Positions 19,821-29,194 of a stretch of 64,000 bases of DNA are shown piece after piece; the first letter of the stretch is position 1; every line of letters begins with the position of its first letter. The DNA comes from Spirochaetia bacterium (GTDB lineage Bacteria; Spirochaetota; Spirochaetia; DSM-2461), in contig CAXXIA010000002.1 of NCBI GenBank assembly GCA_963666985.2, forward strand, positions 1,568,001 through 1,632,000, in the 5' to 3' direction. The notes under the pieces are model-generated. The model was not told where the DNA came from, ran no database searches, and worked only from the letters and a program-made list of their open reading frames with translations. A program made the position numbers and the translations under genes.

Positions 19821-19995
19821 GTCTTCGTCTCTGATTGTTTTCGGTCCTTTTCCTCACTTGACCCTACAAGACTGATGCTTCGCCCGAATTGTTTTCGAGC
19901 TTTCCGCTTCGCTTGACGAATTGGGGCCGGCGGCGTTACGAAAAGGCCAACGAACCTTGCCTCCGATTGTTTTCTCCTCTTCAGCTTCGCTTGCT
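19821..19995. repeat. Three degenerate ~42-bp direct repeats
   Basis: Copies at 19821, 19876, 19954 share CTT..ATTGTTTTC..CTT..CTTG. Confidence 0.6.
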
Positions 19996-20050
19996 GAAAA
20001 GAAATCGGCACCGGGTTGAAGGGTTCCATTTAAGCCCGCCGCTTGAAGCA

Positions 20051-20066
20051 TTGATTAAATAATCAA
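20051..20066. promoter_or_regulatory. Palindromic operator-like site
   Basis: TTGATT-AAAT-AATCAA upstream of the methyltransferase leader. Confidence 0.4.
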
Positions 20067-20290
20067 CGTATGATATTTATCTTCCCGATATAGGAGAAGC
20101 GATCCGGAAGAGCCCCTTTATGACGGGCAGCGCCGGGACCGACGAAACCACAGATCAACAACTCATCCAATTCCGTAGGATAGGTGGGTTATGTTGAATC
20201 AGGTTTCTTCAGAATCCACTCCTTCCTTTCTGAATTAATACTTCGATCGGCATTATCCACCTCAGCTTCGACAAACTGAGGTTTAAAATC

Positions 20291-21076
20291 ATGTTTTTCA
20301 CAACAAATCAAATCGAACCGGTGGAACGGTTCTTTGAGAAAATTAAATTGGGATCGTCATCACAATCGCGCAGCGATGACGACAAATTCAAAATTAAACA
20401 GATTGTATCTTATTTGGAAATTATCGACGGACAAATACGAAAACTCTCCATGAAACGAAGAATCGTTTTACTCGACAGCGGTGCGGGAAACTGCTATTTG
20501 AGTTTTCTGATTTACTACTACTATACGGTTCTGATGAACCGCGATATCGAAATCCATTGCATCGATACCAACGGACGGCTGATGGAAAACGCCCGGCAGA
20601 AAGCCCATGAATTGTCATTCACGGAAATGCATTTTTATAGCTGCGACATCTTGGACTTTGAATTGAACACGTCCGTGGATGTCGCCTTTTCGCTTCATGC
20701 GTGCGATACCGCTACGGACAAGGCTCTCTATCTTGGATTGCGGCTTAATGCAAAATGTATCTTCTCGGTTGCCTGCTGTCAGCATAGCCTTGTGAAGAAT
20801 TTTCGAAATCGAACAATCCAAGGATTTACCGGCTACAAAGCGATCAAAAGCCGTATGATTTATATGGTTGCCGATGTTATGAGGGCGAAATTAATCGAAA
20901 TGGCCGGCTATAAAGTCGACATCTTTGAGTTCACGTCCAGCCGGAATACGGATAAGAATCTCATGATTCGAGCCGGAAAGGGCGGAACGAAATCATACAT
21001 GGCGGCTTATGAAGAGTATCGTCACTTGCGAAACGGATTCGGGTTAAAACCCGAGTTGGAAAATTTACTCATATAA
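20291..21076 (+). CDS. SAM-dependent methyltransferase (Methyltransf_32-like)
   Basis: LDSGAGNCYLSF, SLHACDTATD, VACC, DIFEF, TDKNLMIRA; AT-richer than flanks. Confidence 0.85.
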   Translation: MFFTTNQIEPVERFFEKIKLGSSSQSRSDDDKFKIKQIVSYLEIIDGQIRKLSMKRRIVLLDSGAGNCYLSFLIYYYYTVLMNRDIEIHCIDTNGRLMENARQKAHELSFTEMHFYSCDILDFELNTSVDVAFSLHACDTATDKALYLGLRLNAKCIFSVACCQHSLVKNFRNRTIQGFTGYKAIKSRMIYMVADVMRAKLIEMAGYKVDIFEFTSSRNTDKNLMIRAGKGGTKSYMAAYEEYRHLRNGFGLKPELENLLI

Positions 21077-21133
21077 GCCGGCGGATCAAATCGAAGCGGC
21101 ATTGTAGAACGATTTCCATTACACGATTTCGTA

Positions 21134-22501
21134 TTACAGTCCCAAGGCTTCCGTCAGTTCCGCGGTCAGAGTCTCGTTTTCCGCCAAGGCGTTCAAAAAA
21201 GCCTCGGCGGAGCGCACGCGCGCCTGCTCATAATCCAGACCGCCGTCCTTCACCGGATCAATATTCCTGATGAAAAGAACATTGCCGCCCCGAGAAACCG
21301 TCAAAACGGCGCCCACTTTCGCCATATAAGGAGCATTGGCGAACTTCTCGGACCGGGGAAAATCAAAAACGGTCCAGGAAAATCTCAGATCCGCCTCGCC
21401 ATTTCCGGGCGAAACGGTCTCAACGGGCAGTTCCAAACCGGAAATCCAATCCCCGACAGATCCGTCCATGGAACGAAGATCGGGTGACGCGGAAGAATCC
21501 ACGGAAACGGCCAGAAGAACCGGCGCAACAAGAAGCTCCGCGGAACCGCTTGAGGTTGGAAATCCCGCATCCGGTATTCCCCAGGCCGAAAGATCGGGAG
21601 CGATTTCAAAGCGGACGGCGCCCGGCGGCAGCTTCTCCGTCGGAAGGGTAACTTTGAACGATCCTTCGGGATCGGTCGTAATCATCACCTTCATGCCGGC
21701 AGGACCAGTAATCACCAGAGGAATGCTTCCGATTTCTCCGGATGCTCCGAAGGAAGCGTCTCCGACAAGAACAGCCTGAGTTCCGTAGGAAATACGGCGG
21801 GATGAGGTAAGGGCGCGGATTGAAAGAGATCCCATCCGCTCGGAAATCGCGGAGTCAACCGAATCGATAAGAAAACCCGATGAGCCGAGGATATCATCCC
21901 GAAGACTCAAACCCCACGGCGAGGAAAGCAGGATCTTTCGCGCGCGGCCCAGCGCGGCCGTTTCCGCAGGTAAATTCATGCCGCCTTCGGCCACGGGCTC
22001 CAGAATACCCCGAACCCGCTCGGCGAGATCGGCCCTCTCACCCTCAATAATAGACGCCCAGACATCCTTGGAAAGTCGGACATAAGCCCAAACGCCCCTA
22101 TCGGCGGAAAACCACGTATCGACGGTTTCCACGGATTTCAGGTTCTCTTCAACGGACTCCGTTACGGTACTCTTTACCGACTCTTCGAAAAAACCTTGGG
22201 AAGAGGCGCCGGAGGAAACGTCCAATTCCGAGGCTATTGCCGTCGAAATTTGCGCGGCCAAATCGGCACGGGCAGCAGCAGCAGCAGCCGCCCGGTCATC
22301 GGCCTGGTTCCCGGTATCGCTCCCGCCGATACCGATGTACCAGTCGGGATTATTCGGATAAACGGAAAGCCAATCGGGAACATCGCCGGTTTTCGGCGCG
22401 GTTACACATCCCGCGAGAACTGCAAGTGCAAGGACCGGCGCCGATACGGCGGCTGAGAAAACAAGACGTCTATTCCAGAGAATCGATGTCAAAGTCATCA
22501 T
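21134..22501 (-). CDS. LPP20-like lipoprotein
   Basis: Lipobox LAGC, then PDWL..WYIGIG, ARADLAAQI; exact start uncertain. Confidence 0.7.
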   Translation of the reverse strand: MMTLTSILWNRRLVFSAAVSAPVLALAVLAGCVTAPKTGDVPDWLSVYPNNPDWYIGIGGSDTGNQADDRAAAAAAARADLAAQISTAIASELDVSSGASSQGFFEESVKSTVTESVEENLKSVETVDTWFSADRGVWAYVRLSKDVWASIIEGERADLAERVRGILEPVAEGGMNLPAETAALGRARKILLSSPWGLSLRDDILGSSGFLIDSVDSAISERMGSLSIRALTSSRRISYGTQAVLVGDASFGASGEIGSIPLVITGPAGMKVMITTDPEGSFKVTLPTEKLPPGAVRFEIAPDLSAWGIPDAGFPTSSGSAELLVAPVLLAVSVDSSASPDLRSMDGSVGDWISGLELPVETVSPGNGEADLRFSWTVFDFPRSEKFANAPYMAKVGAVLTVSRGGNVLFIRNIDPVKDGGLDYEQARVRSAEAFLNALAENETLTAELTEALGL

Positions 22502-23741
22502 CGTTCAATTCTGACGGAAAATCGGAATCGAAATCAATTGATGATTGATCTGGAGCGCTCATTTCTTCGGAATCAAATGAAAAATCATCGTCGGAAGAAC
22601 CGATATCGTCATTCGAAAAATCATCAAGGCTTGAAAGGTCGTCGAACTCATCGTCGGGCGATGACGAGTCCCGGGCCGCAGCGGCCGAAGCCGCCGCCAT
22701 AAGACCGGCACCGGCGCCCGCGCTTGCCAAAGAGGATTTGGACTCGGATTTGCTCTTCTTCGATTCCTTCGGCTCTTTCGGCGCTTTTTGCGCTTTGGGA
22801 GGTTTGGGAACTTTCGGCTTTTTCACTTTCGGCGCTTTGGGCTGCCGAATTTTTTTCGGAGCGGATGTTTTAACGCGTCTTGATTTCACCCGCCCGTAAT
22901 TTTCACCGGATAATCCCGGGCGCAATTCACGATGATCCTCATTCCAGAAACGAACATAGGCGCCCGTCAGAAACAAGTCAAAAAAAACACCTATTCCGAG
23001 AAGACCGCCGGTAAACAGCCAAATAATGCCGCTGACATACCGCCCCAGATAAAATCGGTGAATTCCCAGCGGTCCCCAATGAAGAAGGAAGGCATACGCG
23101 GTAACGTAGCTTTTCCGTCCTTCCCGGGCAACGGTAACGGCCATAACCACAGGAAGAATGATTCCGGTCAAAGAAGCGGTCACGATCCACGCAAGGAGCA
23201 GCCGCCAGGCGTGATCTTTTGCCCAGGCAAGTCCTTCCTTCAGTCCCTCGGCCTTTATAATGGAAAAAAAACGGCCCAGATCTTCAACGCGGGTAACAAA
23301 AAACTCGACGATCCTGCCGGTAAACCCCGTAACGGCCCTTCTCGCTTTAGGCGCCTTGGCGCCTACGGCGGCATACGTGTTCCGCAAATAACTTCGATTT
23401 ACCTCGATGTCCGCATACTCATCCGTCTTTGAAAAAGCCCAATGGTCGGGATACTGCTGCGAAAGAAAATAACGGGCTACGGCAAAAAGCGCTGTTCCGA
23501 ATTCGGGATTCTCGGTTAATTCCTGATTTTTAAAACTTTCCGCCGCGAAGTAAACGATAAGTCCGTCGTCACAGCCTTTCGAGAGCGCTCTTTCATAGAA
23601 CAGCCATGCGGCATCATAATCACCGGCATTGTAATATCGTCCGGCGCGTTCGGCATCATCCCGCCACTCTTCGGCGGCAAATAAAGCCGAAAGCAAAAGC
23701 GTTGATAAAAGGACAAAAAACACGCCTCGTTTCATTCGCAT
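22470..23741 (-). CDS. TM2 (NINE) domain membrane protein with TPR-like N-terminus and charged disordered tail
   Basis: KSYVTAY..LGIHRFYLG..GIIWLFTGGLLGIG..DLF; signal peptide; Lys/Pro-rich then Asp/Phe-rich tail. Confidence 0.75.
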   Translation of the reverse strand: MRMKRGVFFVLLSTLLLSALFAAEEWRDDAERAGRYYNAGDYDAAWLFYERALSKGCDDGLIVYFAAESFKNQELTENPEFGTALFAVARYFLSQQYPDHWAFSKTDEYADIEVNRSYLRNTYAAVGAKAPKARRAVTGFTGRIVEFFVTRVEDLGRFFSIIKAEGLKEGLAWAKDHAWRLLLAWIVTASLTGIILPVVMAVTVAREGRKSYVTAYAFLLHWGPLGIHRFYLGRYVSGIIWLFTGGLLGIGVFFDLFLTGAYVRFWNEDHRELRPGLSGENYGRVKSRRVKTSAPKKIRQPKAPKVKKPKVPKPPKAQKAPKEPKESKKSKSESKSSLASAGAGAGLMAAASAAAARDSSSPDDEFDDLSSLDDFSNDDIGSSDDDFSFDSEEMSAPDQSSIDFDSDFPSELNDDDFDIDSLE

Positions 23742-24079
23742 ACACATGATACTAGATATATCGGCACATAAGAGCAAATAATTCATGACACCGGAGGCAC
23801 TTTCAAGAAATTTGACCCGCCGAACAGTTATGCTGTTCGGCCGCCGTTCGTTAAACCGCGTCGCGATTCAACCGTGTTTCAGCACATGATTCGGGTTGCA
23901 TACACCGGGCGAAACCCGCGGCTCGCTGCCGCCGAACGCCGCATGGCCGAGGACTCGCCATGGAGTCCGCATCACAGCGGACCGATCTTAATTCCGGGTC
24001 AAAAAAGCTTTTTGAACGTGCCTCCCTGGAGATGATTCCATCTTGAGGATATGCTGTCGTATTGTCACGGGAGGCCCGA

Positions 24080-25813
24080 ATGATCAAAATCTCGCCCGTA
24101 GGAACCACTGCGGTGCTGACCTGCGGTCTCAAGCCCACGCAAAAAAACAAAGACCGGGGCAGGCTGGGTGAAGGCGCGGGAGAATGCCGCTTCAGCCTTG
24201 GAGAAGCCACACTGGGGGCCTGCTGGAAAGACGACCGCATCACGGCCGAACTCTCCTTCGAAAACGGAATTTACGTGCGCGAAGTGATGCTTTGTTTCCA
24301 TTACCGAAGCCCGAAGCCAAACTCGTCCTTGGCCGTTTGGACCGAATCCTTTGCCGGAGATATCGGTTGGCCGTCTAAAAAATCATCCGGATCCGGCAGC
24401 TGGGCCTACTGGTTCTCAGAATCTCCCGATTCCGAAGGGCTTTTCTTCCGGCTTTTTCCCGGAAACGAATATCCCGTTTCCTTCAAAAGAAATGCTTACT
24501 CAAAAACACTCTCCGTCACATGGCTGGTCAATAGAGAATTTGCCTCCGGAGAAAAAGCTAAATTGTCCGATATCGGTTTGAAACGGGGATTGCTTCCCAA
24601 TCTGACCGCTTCCTGGCGCCGGGAATGGAAACTCTCCGGTTCACGAGAACTGCCGGACGACAGGAGACGAGGATGGTTCGACACCGGTGAAGCCGAATCT
24701 CCAAAAGAACTGCGGGAAATCCTCTCATGTTTCAGAGGAAATAAAATCCCGCTGGATTGGTACGCCATCGGCCCCCAATACGCCTCGGAAACAGGTGACT
24801 GGCTGATTCCCAAAGAACCTTTCAGAGACAGAATGGGCGCGGCGGCCCGAACCGTTTCCGAGCATAACTTCATCCCGGGTCTTCGATTCGCTCCGTTTCT
24901 GGTGTCTCGAAAGTCCTCCATTGTTCGAAAAAATCGCGACTGGCTGGTGAAAAGCGCCGGCGGATCACTCCTGATCGCGGCTCCCTACGGTCCCGATGGT
25001 GAGAAATGTCACATCCTGGACGTAACGAATCCAAATGTTGCCGAGCATCTTGAACGAACCCTGCTTGTTATGAGAGATCAATGGGGAATCCGCGCGTTTT
25101 TCGCCGAACGGATGAATGAGATTGCGGTACCCGGAATCAGATTTTCGAACGGCATCAGTCCCTGCGGATTGGTGCATACCGCCTCCTCGCTTATCAGAAA
25201 GGCTTTGGGAAACCGTGTCCTCTTAACGGCGACCGACATTCCCCTGCTGGCGGCTTCGGAAATCTGGGATGCCCGGGCGGTTTCCTCCGTTAAAACCGAA
25301 TCGTTAAAGAGAAAAGACCTGATTTCCGCCGCTTCAGCCTTGCTCAACAGGGCGGAATGGAACGGCATTTCCTGGCTCAATGCTTCCGGCCCCATACCCA
25401 TGGCCCTCTTCAAACCGAATGCCGATGCCGCCTCCTGTACGGCCAGAGACGCGGTTGTGCTCTCTTCGGGTTTGATCTCCCTCACCGGCGATCCCAGGGA
25501 CGCGGACGAACAGACCGTGGAAAATCTTAAAAAATCCCTTGAAATGTTCTCCTCCTGCCGGAAGGGCCGCGTCGTCCTCGTACCGGCCGCGGGAAAAGAC
25601 CGAAAGGAAACGCTGATCGCCCGGAACGACCGGGGGTGGGTTGCCCTGTTCAATCTGTCAGGAAAAAAGCAGGGGATCAGCCTGCAGAAAGACACGCTGA
25701 AAACCTCGCTCGGAGTCACCAAAAGCATTTCCGCCGGCGACGGAGCCGTGTTCAACAGCCCGGAAATTCACGTTACCCTGGCCCCTTGGGGTCATCGGCT
25801 TTTTAACGGATGA
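24080..25813 (+). CDS. GH36 alpha-galactosidase-fold protein, catalytic motifs degenerate
   Basis: GDW, PGLRFAPF, DWLVK, LDVTNP, QWG, W.N, LSSG..GD, ALFN follow GH36 order, but IDD and KxD motifs are altered; GGAGG before ATG 24080. Confidence 0.65.
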   Translation: MIKISPVGTTAVLTCGLKPTQKNKDRGRLGEGAGECRFSLGEATLGACWKDDRITAELSFENGIYVREVMLCFHYRSPKPNSSLAVWTESFAGDIGWPSKKSSGSGSWAYWFSESPDSEGLFFRLFPGNEYPVSFKRNAYSKTLSVTWLVNREFASGEKAKLSDIGLKRGLLPNLTASWRREWKLSGSRELPDDRRRGWFDTGEAESPKELREILSCFRGNKIPLDWYAIGPQYASETGDWLIPKEPFRDRMGAAARTVSEHNFIPGLRFAPFLVSRKSSIVRKNRDWLVKSAGGSLLIAAPYGPDGEKCHILDVTNPNVAEHLERTLLVMRDQWGIRAFFAERMNEIAVPGIRFSNGISPCGLVHTASSLIRKALGNRVLLTATDIPLLAASEIWDARAVSSVKTESLKRKDLISAASALLNRAEWNGISWLNASGPIPMALFKPNADAASCTARDAVVLSSGLISLTGDPRDADEQTVENLKKSLEMFSSCRKGRVVLVPAAGKDRKETLIARNDRGWVALFNLSGKKQGISLQKDTLKTSLGVTKSISAGDGAVFNSPEIHVTLAPWGHRLFNG

Positions 25814-27072
25814 TCCTCTCCGGATTGGATGAAGCGGGTCTCGGGCCTCCCTTGGGGCCCTTCTGTGCCGCCCTCGCGGAATTTCAAATTCAGTCCCCCC
25901 CCGCCGATAACCCGGATCTTTACGAAATCCTTTCGGGAATCGTCCCGCGTAATGCCGACGGCGACGGACATTGGCCCGTTGGAGACAGCAAAATTCTCTA
26001 CTCCCCCGCCAAGGGGCTCGAGGTACTCGAATCTTCCCTCATCGCCTTTCTCTCCGTTTCGGGAGTGCGGTTTCCAATCTCCTTTTCGGGGCTGATCTCC
26101 AAACTTTGCACGTCCGAAGATGCGGAGTCCCTTAATTCGGTTCCCTGGTTCGCCGAAGCGGAATCTCTGATGCTGCCGATGCGGCAAACCGCGTCGAAGG
26201 AAGAGGGCGCCCCCGGCGATACAGGCGCCCCCCGCTCCGCCCAAGCCATAAAACCCGCCGCCCCGCCCGCCGCCGCCTCATTACAACCCGCGGCGTCCTC
26301 CCTCGCGGCCGCCCTCACCGAAAAAGGCGTTCTCTTTCGGCCGCCGTCGGCGCGATTCATCACCGCCGCCGCGTTCAACCGCACCATCACCGCCCGCGGC
26401 GGCAAAGGCGGGGCCGTACAGTCGATTCTATCGCCGCTGCTCAATACGGCTCTGACTTCGAAAGAACACGCCGCGGCGGAGCGGGCGTTCTCCGGCAAAT
26501 CCGATTCGACTCGAAGCGCCGACGGGTGCGTGCCGGACAATCCGGTCCAAAGCTCACCCCCCGCAGGCGAAAAACCGCGCGTACCGCCGGAAATCCCGGC
26601 GGCATCCGCCGCCCTCGGCGATCCGGCCCCGAACATCTCGGCACATTCCGGCGGCTTACCCGCCTCCGGCCGGTCCGGCCCGCTTTCTCCGGCGGCCCCG
26701 GTCCGCCGCATAACCGTCGACAGGCAGGGCGGCCGCCGCTACTACGGCGAATGGCTGATGAATCTTCTTCCCGGCGCGCCTCTTCGGGCCGTTGAAGAAG
26801 GAAAACAGCGCTCGGTCTATACATTCGGCGCCTCTTCGATAGAATTCACCGTCGGGGCGGACGGGTTCCGAATGGAAACCGCGCTGGCCTCCATGCTGGC
26901 GAAATACATTCGGGAAGCGGCCATGACGCTGTTCAACAAGTGGTGGTCCGAGCGGGCTGTGGGCATAAAACCCACGGCGGGTTATCCGACGGATGCCAAA
27001 CGGTTTCTTAAAGACCTGGCCGCCGCCGGTGTCCTTCCCGCCGACCGCGATCTGCTGGTTCGCCGGCTGTAG
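25810..27072 (+). CDS. Ribonuclease HII-like protein, non-canonical
   Basis: GLDEAGLGP, DSK, VDRQGGR, GADG..ALASMLAK..RE, AGYPTD; two Ala/Pro-rich insertions; ATGA overlap. Confidence 0.7.
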   Translation: MILSGLDEAGLGPPLGPFCAALAEFQIQSPPADNPDLYEILSGIVPRNADGDGHWPVGDSKILYSPAKGLEVLESSLIAFLSVSGVRFPISFSGLISKLCTSEDAESLNSVPWFAEAESLMLPMRQTASKEEGAPGDTGAPRSAQAIKPAAPPAAASLQPAASSLAAALTEKGVLFRPPSARFITAAAFNRTITARGGKGGAVQSILSPLLNTALTSKEHAAAERAFSGKSDSTRSADGCVPDNPVQSSPPAGEKPRVPPEIPAASAALGDPAPNISAHSGGLPASGRSGPLSPAAPVRRITVDRQGGRRYYGEWLMNLLPGAPLRAVEEGKQRSVYTFGASSIEFTVGADGFRMETALASMLAKYIREAAMTLFNKWWSERAVGIKPTAGYPTDAKRFLKDLAAAGVLPADRDLLVRRL

Positions 27073-27227
27073 CGGCCGTATAATCGGCCGTACGGGAAAC
27101 AAGGAATTCGCCTCGGGATTGAACCGAGAGAACTCACCGAACGGCAATGAACCCCGCGGCGGTCTCGATTCGCCTTGAAGGCCCGGCACCGCCGTAGCAT
27201 GGGGATTACCCCAAAAAAGGAGGACCG

Positions 27228-28277
27228 ATGGAAAAGCCCGCTCTTTTCGGCAAAACGCTCGGAGATCTCGAAGCCATCACAACCGGCATGGGCCGCCCCG
27301 CCTATACGGCCCGCCAAATCGCCGAATGGCTCTACAAACACCGCGCCTCCTCCTTCGATGAGATGACCAACCTTCCCAAATCCCTGCGGGCGGATTTGGC
27401 CGCGCGGTATGAATTGGGAATCGCCGCGCCCGCCGCGCAGAGCGTCTCATCGGACGGAACGAAAAAATACCTCTTCGCCGCCGGAAACCATGCCGCCGAG
27501 AGCGGCGGCGCCGGAATCCATGCCGTCGAAACGGCCTGGATTCCCGAAGAAAAGCGGGGAACCCTCTGCGTCTCCTCACAAATCGGCTGCCGCCGCGGCT
27601 GCCGGTTCTGCATGACCGCCCGGCAGGGCTTTCAGGGCAACCTGAGCACCGGTGAAATTCTCAATCAGTACCGCTCCCTCCCGGAATTCGCCGATGTAAC
27701 CCACTTCGTGTTCATGGGCATGGGAGAACCGCTGGACAACCCGGATGCCGTTTTGTCGGCGCTGGAAATCCTTACGGCCGACTGGGGATACGCATTCAGC
27801 CCGAAAAAAGTCACGGTATCCACCATCGGCATCATCGACGGCCTGGAGAGGCTGCTGGCGGAAAGCGACTGCCGTCTTGCCTTAAGCCTGCATTCTCCGT
27901 TTCCGGATGAGCGCGCCGAACTGATTCCCTCCGAACGCCTCTGCCCCCTGATCGACGTGCTCGCCCTCTTTCGAAAAGCGAATCTCGGCCGCCGCCGCCT
28001 CACCGTGGAATACCTGATGCTTGCCGGAAAAAACGACGATGCAAAAAACGCCAAGGAACTCGCCCGTCTTCTGGACGGACTCGGCGCACGGGTCAATCTC
28101 ATCCCCTATCATCCCATTCCGGCTTTCGACGCCGCGCCGAGCCCGCCGGAACGAATGGAAGCGTTCCGAAACGAATTGAACCGCCGCGGAGTCACGGCGA
28201 CAATCCGCCGGAGCCGGGGTTTGGACATCGCCGCGGCCTGCGGACTTCTTTCCACGAAAAATGCCGGTGCTTCTTGA
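27228..28277 (+). CDS. rlmN: 23S rRNA/tRNA adenine C2-methyltransferase RlmN
   Basis: DGTKKYLF, CVSSQIGCRRGCRFC, MGMGEP, SLH, VNLIP, DIAAACGLL; AGGAGG RBS. Confidence 0.92.
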   Translation: MEKPALFGKTLGDLEAITTGMGRPAYTARQIAEWLYKHRASSFDEMTNLPKSLRADLAARYELGIAAPAAQSVSSDGTKKYLFAAGNHAAESGGAGIHAVETAWIPEEKRGTLCVSSQIGCRRGCRFCMTARQGFQGNLSTGEILNQYRSLPEFADVTHFVFMGMGEPLDNPDAVLSALEILTADWGYAFSPKKVTVSTIGIIDGLERLLAESDCRLALSLHSPFPDERAELIPSERLCPLIDVLALFRKANLGRRRLTVEYLMLAGKNDDAKNAKELARLLDGLGARVNLIPYHPIPAFDAAPSPPERMEAFRNELNRRGVTATIRRSRGLDIAAACGLLSTKNAGAS

Positions 28278-28468
28278 AAAAGGAATCTCCGCGGCAAATT
28301 CAAAATCGCTGTTTTTGAACCGAAGCTCTTCTTGAAGTGATTTTGCGGGGATTCGGCCATCGGATAAATCTCTTGGCAAAAACATTACGCTTCACATATA
28401 TTCGTTAATTCATAGATTTTCTTTGCTTGATTCACAATCGATTCAAAATTGGGAATTAGGTTATTTCC

Positions 28469-29185
28469 ATGACTCCTCAGAAGGCTCAACAAAGAAACCG
28501 ACTTCAACTCTTCAGGCTCGCCTCTCAATTGCTGTTTTTGTCGGCAGCAGCGTTCTCTCTGATACAAATGAATTTCATCCTCACCGGGGTCTTGCTTGCA
28601 ATCGCATTATTGGGGGGCTCCTTTTATTGCGGCTGGCTGTGCCCGTTCGGCCTGTTTCAAGAAATTCTTTCTTGGTTGGGGAAGAAAATATCACCATCCG
28701 GCAAGGTGCTTAAAATCCCGCTTAAGCTGGAGAAAAAACTGATCATTTTCCGATACGCTCTGCTTCTTGTTGGCCTTATATCACTCCTCGGGATCTATCT
28801 GCCCAACGTCCTTACGGAAATAAGTTCTCCTCTTCAAACCTTTTCTTCCGTTTTAACAAGAAATATTTCCTATATCAAAACTTCAACATGGATAATCTTC
28901 GGTGTTGTCTTAATACTATCAATCTTCATTGAGCGGCCGTTTTGCCGCTATCTCTGTCCGCAGGGAGCGCTATACGGCCTTTTAAGCCTGGGGCGGATTC
29001 TTACCATCAAACGAAACAAAAACACGTGTGTTTCCTGCGGTCTCTGTGACCGTTCCTGCCCGATGCAAATTCAAATCTCGGAAAAAAATCAAATAAGAAA
29101 TACACAGTGCATCAATTGCTTCAGGTGCATCTCATCCTGTAAACGAATCAAAGCCTTAAGCTTTGGATTTATTCAAAAAACATAA
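28469..29185 (+). CDS. Membrane 4Fe-4S binding protein (NapH/MauN-like)
   Basis: CGWLCPFG, RPFCRYLCP, CVSCGLCDRSCP, CINCFRCISSC; AT-rich. Confidence 0.85.
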   Translation: MTPQKAQQRNRLQLFRLASQLLFLSAAAFSLIQMNFILTGVLLAIALLGGSFYCGWLCPFGLFQEILSWLGKKISPSGKVLKIPLKLEKKLIIFRYALLLVGLISLLGIYLPNVLTEISSPLQTFSSVLTRNISYIKTSTWIIFGVVLILSIFIERPFCRYLCPQGALYGLLSLGRILTIKRNKNTCVSCGLCDRSCPMQIQISEKNQIRNTQCINCFRCISSCKRIKALSFGFIQKT

Positions 29186-29194
29186 GGGGATAAA

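Noticed and set aside
19821..19995. Possible CRISPR array
   Set aside because: Repeats are too degenerate, spacers unequal (13 and 36 bp) and no cas genes are present; kept only as a generic repeat
20051..20066. Canonical FNR box
   Set aside because: TTGAT and ATCAA are 6 nt apart rather than 4
27228..28277. Cfr resistance methyltransferase
   Set aside because: Chromosomal housekeeping context and host-like composition; nothing visible favours Cfr over RlmN, though a phylogeny would be decisive
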